A stretch of DNA of 64,000 nt, from the NCBI GenBank assembly GCA_034520945.1, contig JAXHNB010000008.1, forward strand, positions 64,001-128,000, in the 5' to 3' direction. The translations under genes were made by a program, and so were the position numbers. Positions 57,632 through 64,000 of this stretch are shown here, one piece after another (within the stretch, counting starts at the first letter, position 1; every line of letters begins with the position of its first letter). The stretch comes from Trueperaceae bacterium (GTDB lineage: Bacteria; Deinococcota; Deinococci; Deinococcales; Trueperaceae). The notes beneath the pieces are model-generated. The model did no database searches. It saw nothing but the letters and a program-made list of their open reading frames with translations, and was not told the origin of the DNA.

Positions 57632-58135
57632 ATGCGGGCGTACCGCATTTTCGACCATGAACGACCATGGGCACGCGTGGACGGCTTCGATCCGTTCGAC
57701 GGGGAAGGGGCGATGCACGGCCCGGCTCGTTGGCACCACAAGGGTACGCGCGTGGCGTATGCCGCCGCCAACCCGAGCCTCGCGCTCCTCGAGATCCTCG
57801 TTCACATGAATCCGGCCGACTTTGGCGAGAAGACCTTGCAGGTCGCCGAGTTGCCCGACGACGCGGTCGAGGACGTCGGCATGGCGCAGATCGTGCAACT
57901 CCTCCGCGACGCGGCCGACGACGCCCGTGAACGCGCCAGCCGTGACTTCGGCACCGCCTGGGCGCGCGAAGGTCGCAGCCTCGCGCTGCGTGTTCCGTCG
58001 CTGGTCATGCCGCACGACCGGAACGTGATCCTGAACCCTCTCCACCCGCGCATGCGCGAGGTGTCCGAGGTGCGGCGGGAACGGGTGAGCCTCGACCCTC
58101 GCCTGCGCCTGGCCAGGCTCGAGGCCGCGCAGTGA
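57632..58135 (+). CDS. RES-domain toxin (NAD+-degrading family)
   Basis: G.GA...ARWH..G..V.YAA...SLA.LE.LVH, LRVPS, N.ILNP.HP. Confidence 0.92.
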   Translation: MRAYRIFDHERPWARVDGFDPFDGEGAMHGPARWHHKGTRVAYAAANPSLALLEILVHMNPADFGEKTLQVAELPDDAVEDVGMAQIVQLLRDAADDARERASRDFGTAWAREGRSLALRVPSLVMPHDRNVILNPLHPRMREVSEVRRERVSLDPRLRLARLEAAQ

Positions 58136-58186
58136 CGACGCGCTGCCTCGGCGCGGGCGTTCGTTCCGATTCTTGAGGAGGCAGTG

Positions 58187-58898
58187 ATGGCCGCATCCGA
58201 AGTCGTTCCCGGGCTCGTTCGGATTCCGCTCGGGTACGTCAACGCCTACGCCTTGCTCGGAAGCGATTCGGTCACGCTGATCGACACCGGGATGCCGGGC
58301 CGGCACGAGCAGGTGTTGGCCGCGCTCGCGCAATTCGGCTGCGGCGCCGAGGACGTCACCACGATCGTGATCACGCACCTGCACGTGGACCACACCGGCG
58401 GCCTGCGGGCGCTTCGCGAGCGCACCGGGGCGCGGGTCTACGCCCACCCCGTCGACGCGCGCGCCATCCGCGAAGGCGTCTCGCTACGCCGGATCGGTCC
58501 GGAAGGCACCTGGCTGGGCCGGGTGGTCGGGCTGGTGGGCCGATACGTGCCGATGTTCACCGCGGACGCCGCGGACGTCGACGTGGAGGTGGAGGACGGT
58601 GCGACCCTCGACGCCACGGTTCCGCTCGAGGTCGTGCACGCCCCGGGCCACAGCGCCGGCCAGATCGCGCTGCTGTGGCGCGAGCATGGCGGGGTGCTGA
58701 TCGCGGGCGACGCCGCGACGCAATCGCTCCAAGCTGGGCCCGCCGCCGTTCTACGAGAACACCGAGGACGGGCAGGCGACGCTCCGGAGGCTGGCGGGAC
58801 TGGACTTCGAGGTCGCGGTGTTCGGGCACGGCGACCCGATCGGGTCGGGCGCGGCACAGGCGTTTCGGGAGCGGTTCGGAAGCGAGCGACGGGGCTAG
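58187..58898 (+). pseudogene. MBL-fold metallo-hydrolase, frameshifted near 58730
   Basis: THLHVDHTGG, PGHSAG, IAGDA; continuation KLGPPPFYEN...VFGHGDP in a shifted frame. Confidence 0.8.
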
Positions 58899-59090
58899 GG
58901 TCCGTTTGGGACCCTTCATTGGGGCCAGATGACGATCATGGCGATGAGGACGCAGGCTTCGTAGCTGCGTCCTTGCTCGTCGTAGATCCCGATGGTTGGT
59001 GTGTGGCCTGTCGGTCGTGGTGTTGGGCGGCGTCTTCGCCGCCGTCCCTTCCGTGCCTCGCCCGGTGGCGCGGGGGCGTGAAGCACGCTC

Positions 59091-59663
59091 CTAGAGGAAC
59101 GATCGGTACCTGAGGAACTCGGGTCGGGGGCCCTTCGTCGTCACCAGGAACGTGCAGCCCTCCTCGCCCGACGCGCGCATCTCGTGGTTCTGCTTCGCCT
59201 CGACGCTCATCGCGTCGCCCGGTCCCAAGGTGCACGCGTGATCGTCGGTCCGGGCCTCGAGGTTGCCGGCGAGGACGTAGACGTGCTCGCGCATCCCGAG
59301 CGGGTGGGGGCTCAGCGGACCGGTGCTCTGGCCGCGCGGTAGGCGCACCAGGAGGATGCCGACGCCCTCGGTACGCCAGTCCGGGGCGAGGACCTCGAAC
59401 TCGACGCCCGTCTCCGGGTCGCGCTCCACGGTTCGCTCGGCCTGGCGGTCGACGGTCGGCTCCCGGGCCTCCTCCGCAACGAGCTCGCTGATGCTCACGC
59501 CCAGTCCCGAGGCCAGCTGGCTGAGGGTTCTCAGGGTAGGACTCTTGGCGTCTCGTTCGATTTCGCTCAGCATGCTGCGGCTGCAGCCGCTGCGTTCCGC
59601 GAGCGCCTCGAGCGAGAGCCGCTGATCGGTACGGAGCTGCCGTATGCGGCTGCCGATCTTCAT
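59091..59663 (-). CDS. XRE-cupin transcriptional regulator
   Basis: IGSRIRQLR...LSLEALAERSG.SRSMLSEIER...PT; cupin H..E..YVL.G...GPGD...H. Confidence 0.92.
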   Translation of the reverse strand: MKIGSRIRQLRTDQRLSLEALAERSGCSRSMLSEIERDAKSPTLRTLSQLASGLGVSISELVAEEAREPTVDRQAERTVERDPETGVEFEVLAPDWRTEGVGILLVRLPRGQSTGPLSPHPLGMREHVYVLAGNLEARTDDHACTLGPGDAMSVEAKQNHEMRASGEEGCTFLVTTKGPRPEFLRYRSFL

Positions 59664-59790
59664 CGTGTCCTCCCGTATCCATGATCGTGGAGAAATTCTC
59701 CTCTATCCATTATAGTGGTCATAAAGCACCATGATGGTGCTCTCGGATGGCCAGCCGCCGTCCGCAGCGTTTTCGCGTGAAGGAGGAACC

Positions 59791-60219
59791 ATGGCACAGC
59801 TCGAGCTGAAGGACTTCGGCCCCCGCCCCTACACGGTCGACATCGAAGAGGCGACCATCCAGAACGGGAACTACCGCACGGCGCTCTGGACCGGCAAGAA
59901 CCTCCAGCTGACGCTCATGAGCATCCCCGTCGGCGGAGAGATCGGCCTCGAGGTGCACACGGAGCTCGACCAGTTCCTGCGGATCGAACGGGGCCGCGGT
60001 CGGGTCCAGATGGGCGACACGAAGGACCACCTGGACTTCGACCAGGAGATCGGCGACGACGAGGTCGTGCTCGTGCCCGCCGACACGTGGCACAACATCA
60101 CCAACGTGGGGGACACGCCCCTGAAGATCTACTCGATCTACGCTCCGCCGGAGCACCCGCACGGCACCGTGCACGCCACGAAAGAGGAGGGGGACGCGGC
60201 CGAAGGGCACGACCACTGA
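59791..60219 (+). CDS. Cupin domain protein
   Basis: NYRTALWTG, EIGLEVH..DQFLRIE.G, VPA.TWHN, YAPPEHP.GT. Confidence 0.92.
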   Translation: MAQLELKDFGPRPYTVDIEEATIQNGNYRTALWTGKNLQLTLMSIPVGGEIGLEVHTELDQFLRIERGRGRVQMGDTKDHLDFDQEIGDDEVVLVPADTWHNITNVGDTPLKIYSIYAPPEHPHGTVHATKEEGDAAEGHDH

Positions 60220-60290
60220 CCGAGGCGTCGGTCTCCGCGACCGACGCCTGCGTTCCTCATCGGCGTGGATGTCTGGGGAGGGCCACGAGC

Positions 60291-61595
60291 TTGAGTTCAC
60301 TCGCCCAACGGATCTACGTGCGTCTCGTATCGACGGGGCACGCGGGTAGGGCAGCCGACGAGGCCGAACGGGACGTATCCACGAACGGACTGCGCATCAT
60401 CGGCGCGTCGGGCCTGCAGAACGTCGGCGATCAGGTCGTCAACGCCGCGACCGTCCTGCCCTGGCTGCTGACCGCGCTCGGGGCACCCGTCGGACTGATC
60501 GGGCTGCTCGTTCCGATCCGGGAGTCCGGATCGCTTCTGCCTCAGGCGGTACTGTCCCCCTGGATCCAGCGGTGGAGCCGACGAAAGTGGGTATGGGTCG
60601 CGGGCGCTGCCGTGCAGGCTACGGCGACCGTCGCGATGGCCCTCGTCGCGGCGACGCTCGAGGGGATCGGCGCCGGCGTCGCGATCCTCGTCGCCTTGGC
60701 GCTTTTCGCCCTGGGCAGGGCCCTGACCTCGATCGCCTCCAAGGACGTCATGGCACGCACCATCCCGAAGGGCCAGCGTGGCCAGATCAACGGCGTCTCC
60801 ACGCTCGTATCGGGCGTCGCCGCCGTCACGATCGGGTTGGGGATCCGCCTTCTCGCCGGGGACCAAATGAACGTCGCGATTCTGGCGTTCCTGCTCGGTG
60901 GCGCCGCCCTGGCGTGGGTAGCGGCCCTGCTGGTGTATGCGGGGGTGAAGGAACCGACCGGGGGGACGGCAGAAACCGACGCCGACGATGAAGGCTGGTG
61001 GCGTCGGTCGTGGCAGCTGCTCGCCACCGACGCTCCGTTCCGCAGGTTCGTCCAGATGAGGACGCTGCTGCTCGTCTCGGCACTCAGTCCTCCCTTCCTG
61101 ATCGCCCTCGCGGCCGCGGACGGCGAGGCACGCCTGAGCGGCCTCGGGCTTTTCGTGATCGCCCAGGGGGCCGCGCGCATGATCGGAGGTCGGTTCTTCG
61201 GCCGGCTCGCCGACCGATCGAGCCGGCGGCTGATGACGCTCGGAGCGTTGATGGCGTCCCTCTCGATCATCGTCCTGCTGGCGCTGTCGATCGTTCCGGG
61301 GCTGGGCGAGTCCGTCTGGCTCTACAGCCTCGGCTACTTCCTGCTGGCGCTCGTCCATACCGGGGTCCGTGTGGCACGCAAGACCTACGTCATCGACATG
61401 GGGGAGGGCGACCAGGTGACCGAGTACGTGGCGGTCTCCAACACGGCGATGGGCCTTCTCCTGCTCGTGGTGGGAGCCGTGAACGCCGGCCTCGCCGTCT
61501 TCGGCGCCGAGGTCGCGCTCGCGTTCCTGGCCGGCATGGGCCTGATCGGCGCCTTCGTCGGCCGAAGCCTGCCGGAGGTGGGAGGGCGGGCGTGA
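60291..61595 (+). CDS. MFS transporter
   Basis: About 12 TM helices; LVPIRESGSLLPQ, GRLADRSSR, YVAVSNT; start uncertain. Confidence 0.88.
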   Translation: MSSLAQRIYVRLVSTGHAGRAADEAERDVSTNGLRIIGASGLQNVGDQVVNAATVLPWLLTALGAPVGLIGLLVPIRESGSLLPQAVLSPWIQRWSRRKWVWVAGAAVQATATVAMALVAATLEGIGAGVAILVALALFALGRALTSIASKDVMARTIPKGQRGQINGVSTLVSGVAAVTIGLGIRLLAGDQMNVAILAFLLGGAALAWVAALLVYAGVKEPTGGTAETDADDEGWWRRSWQLLATDAPFRRFVQMRTLLLVSALSPPFLIALAAADGEARLSGLGLFVIAQGAARMIGGRFFGRLADRSSRRLMTLGALMASLSIIVLLALSIVPGLGESVWLYSLGYFLLALVHTGVRVARKTYVIDMGEGDQVTEYVAVSNTAMGLLLLVVGAVNAGLAVFGAEVALAFLAGMGLIGAFVGRSLPEVGGRA

Positions 61596-61606
61596 CGCAC
61601 CGCCCG

Positions 61607-62563
61607 CTACCGCACCTCGAAGACCTGGTACAGGGGCGCGTCCGCGGCGCGTTCCGACACCCAGGCGTAGCGGCCCGGCTGCAGGTCCACGCTCAGGTAG
61701 GCCGACTGACCCTGCGGCATCTCGTGCGTGCCGCCAAGGAACGTCGCCGGCGCGGGCGTTTTCAGGCCGCCTGGGTTGCTCCAGTCCATCCAGGCCGCCA
61801 CGTCGGCCACGTCCTCGCCGCCTGCCAGCCGGACCAGGTGCAGGTCGTTGGCCAGCAGCGGTGGGTCCTCGCTCGTGAAGCGCACCTCGACGACCTGCGG
61901 GCCCGGGGCGGGCGTTCCCTCTACCTCGATGCCGCTCTCGGGCGCGCTGCCGTCGTCGGGTTGGGGGTTGCTCAAGCTGACCACCAGGTCGGCGGCGGGC
62001 GGCTCGCCGGCGTGCGGGACGTCCGCGACGGTGATTTCGTCGATCATTCCCCGCACACTGTGGAACACGCCGTCCTCGGTCTTGACGTAGCACTCGATCA
62101 CGTAGGTGCCCGGCTCCAGGAACGCGACCACTTCGGTCGTGCCGCCGGGCGAGACCATCCCCGGTCCGCCGCTGTAGACCACATTGCCGTACCACTCGGG
62201 GAGGCCGCCGAGCGCGGCGAAGCCCTCCTCGACGTCGCCCGCCATGATGAGGTCCATCGCGTCCTGGAACACGGGCACGACCTCGCGGACGCTGTCCTCC
62301 ATGCCTCGGCCTTCGGGCATGAGGCCGAAGAGGGCGAAGTGCGGTTCGTCCGATTCGTTGCGGAGCCGGATGGTGGTCCAGCCGGATGCGATTTCATCGG
62401 CGGACAGGTCGAAGGTGTGCCCGCGGGTGACGATCTCGAGCACCGGGGACGCGTTCTCGGCCGCCGAGGTGTCCCCCACGAGCACCAGGGGGTGGCCCAC
62501 CTGGGCCAGGCACGTGGCGGCGAGGGCCAGCAGGAGCGTGGGGACGAGGGTGCGAAGGGTCAT
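61607..62563 (-). CDS. Secreted cupredoxin-like protein
   Basis: Signal peptide; N..DEPH...PG.YVIEC...G.FH...GM (His/Cys/His/Met set); second repeat lacks the ligands. Confidence 0.65.
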   Translation of the reverse strand: MTLRTLVPTLLLALAATCLAQVGHPLVLVGDTSAAENASPVLEIVTRGHTFDLSADEIASGWTTIRLRNESDEPHFALFGLMPEGRGMEDSVREVVPVFQDAMDLIMAGDVEEGFAALGGLPEWYGNVVYSGGPGMVSPGGTTEVVAFLEPGTYVIECYVKTEDGVFHSVRGMIDEITVADVPHAGEPPAADLVVSLSNPQPDDGSAPESGIEVEGTPAPGPQVVEVRFTSEDPPLLANDLHLVRLAGGEDVADVAAWMDWSNPGGLKTPAPATFLGGTHEMPQGQSAYLSVDLQPGRYAWVSERAADAPLYQVFEVR

Positions 62564-62716
62564 GGCGATTCCTTTCTGCGAGTCGTGCATGGCGTTTCGC
62601 CTCCTTCCGCGAGCGCCGCTCGTCGGCGCCGCATCGCGACCGTAGGAACCGCGCCGTGATGCCGGTGCGACGTGGGCGTGACGTGGCCGCACGTGTCCGC
62701 TACGGTGGGAGGGGAC

Positions 62717-64000
62717 GTGAACGTTCGGTTGCGACTGCTCGGCGAGGTCCAGGTGCAGGTCGGCGGCCGGTGGATGGCCCCGCCGGCCGACAAGCGCCTG
62801 GGCCTGCTGGGCTACCTCGCCTGCGCTGACGGGTGGGTCGAGCGGGACCGCCTGGCGTGGCTGTTCTGGCCGGACGTGCGCTCGTCCCGGGCGCGGACCA
62901 ACCTGCGTGGCCTGCTGAGCCGGACCCAACGTGAGGCGTACGCCCAGGGGCTGGAGGCCGAACCGGAGCGGCTCCGCTGGGACGTTCCTCACGACGTCGC
63001 CGCGTTTCGAGCGGCGCTGGCCCGCGAGGACTGGGGCGAGGCGCTACGCATCTACGGCGGGACCTTCTTCGGCGACGCCGCCTGGGACGGCGTCGGCGAG
63101 CTCGGCGGCTGGATCGCGGAGCAGCGCGAGCGCCTCAGGGCCGAGCACCGGCGGGCGGCCCTGGCCTGCGTCGCCGCGCGGCCGGACGGGGACGCCGAGG
63201 TGATCGACGCCCTGGACGCACTGTTGAGGGAGGACCCGTTCGACGAGGAGGTGGCGCGTCACGCCATCGCCGCGCGGGCCGCGGCGGGCCGACGCGACGA
63301 GGCGCTTCGACTGGCCGCGTCGCTGCGCGCCAGGCTCCGGGAGGAGCTGGACGCCGCGCCGTCGGACGCGACGGAGCAGGTGATCGCGGAGCTCGACAGG
63401 CCGCCCGTCTTCGTGTCCTCGAACGAGATGCCGGATGCGGCGGCGGCGCTGACGCCGTTCGTCGGTCGTGGGTCCGAGCGTCGCGAGTTGGCGCAACGAC
63501 TGGCGCGCGACGACTGCCGCCTGCTGACCCTCACCGGACCCGGCGGGGTGGGCAAGACGCGCCTGGCGCGGCAGCTGGCGCAGGAGGCGGCCGGGCGCTA
63601 CCGCGACGGCGCCCACCTCGTGGATCTGGCCGTGGCGCGGACGGCGCAGGACGTGGCGACCGCCGTCGCGCGGGGCTTGAACCTGTCCCTGGAGGGGGAC
63701 GAGGCGGCGGAGGATGCGGTGAAGGAGGCGTTGGCCGGCGCCGAGGCGTTGCTGGTGCTCGACGACATGGACGGCGCGCTGGCGGCGGCCACCTGGCTGA
63801 CCGAGCTGCTGAACGCGTGCGCGGGCGTGACGCTGCTGGTCACCTCGCGCCGGCGCCTGGAGGTGCCGGGCGAGTGGGTGGCACCCCTGGCGGGGCTCGA
63901 GCTGCCGGACGAGGGCGCGTCTCCCGAGGAGGTCCGGGCCGCGGACGCGGTGCGACTGTTCGCGGACGCCGCGGCCCGGATCGAGCCAAGCTTCGTGCTG
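62717..64000 (+). CDS. SARP/BTAD + NB-ARC ATPase regulator (partial, runs off the window)
   Basis: LLGYLA...V.RD.LA.LFWPD..AR.NLR; DPFDEE; TPFVGR, LTLTGPGGVGKTRLA, LLVLDD, LVTSR. Confidence 0.9.
   Translation, partial: MNVRLRLLGEVQVQVGGRWMAPPADKRLGLLGYLACADGWVERDRLAWLFWPDVRSSRARTNLRGLLSRTQREAYAQGLEAEPERLRWDVPHDVAAFRAALAREDWGEALRIYGGTFFGDAAWDGVGELGGWIAEQRERLRAEHRRAALACVAARPDGDAEVIDALDALLREDPFDEEVARHAIAARAAAGRRDEALRLAASLRARLREELDAAPSDATEQVIAELDRPPVFVSSNEMPDAAAALTPFVGRGSERRELAQRLARDDCRLLTLTGPGGVGKTRLARQLAQEAAGRYRDGAHLVDLAVARTAQDVATAVARGLNLSLEGDEAAEDAVKEALAGAEALLVLDDMDGALAAATWLTELLNACAGVTLLVTSRRRLEVPGEWVAPLAGLELPDEGASPEEVRAADAVRLFADAAARIEPSFVL

Noticed and set aside
1..64000. CRISPR array or cas genes, prompted by the WYL gene
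   Set aside because: No regularly spaced direct repeats and no Cas motifs were seen.
1..64000. rRNA, tRNA, transposase or integrase
   Set aside because: No recognisable motifs by eye; tRNAscan, Rfam and ISfinder searches would be needed to exclude them fully.

Overview
High-GC 64 kb chromosomal window. Frequent leaderless TANNNT-N5-7-ATG starts suggest a Deinococcota (Truepera-like) organism; this is inference. It contains: an IclR-regulated sugar ABC uptake and catabolism operon (BNR sialidase-like, NanA/DapA-type aldolase, fucose-isomerase-like, FGGY kinase); several secreted hydrolases and unknown secreted proteins; about a dozen intact, orphan or decayed type II toxin-antitoxin loci; many internally deleted or frameshifted pseudogenes; a MerR-controlled thiol-redox module; and a peroxiredoxin with a CsoR-type operator. 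The most notable locus is an overlapping four-gene operon at 21859-24913. It encodes a phycobiliprotein-like globin fused to a CarH-type B12 photoreceptor domain, a PAS-like/GGDEF diguanylate cyclase, an IsdG/ABM-type heme-degrading monooxygenase and a divergent ferredoxin-dependent bilin reductase. This is a candidate self-contained bilin plus B12 light-sensing c-di-GMP system that makes its own chromophore by a non-canonical route. No rRNA, tRNA, CRISPR array or transposase was recognised. All calls come from motif reading by eye, without database searches.
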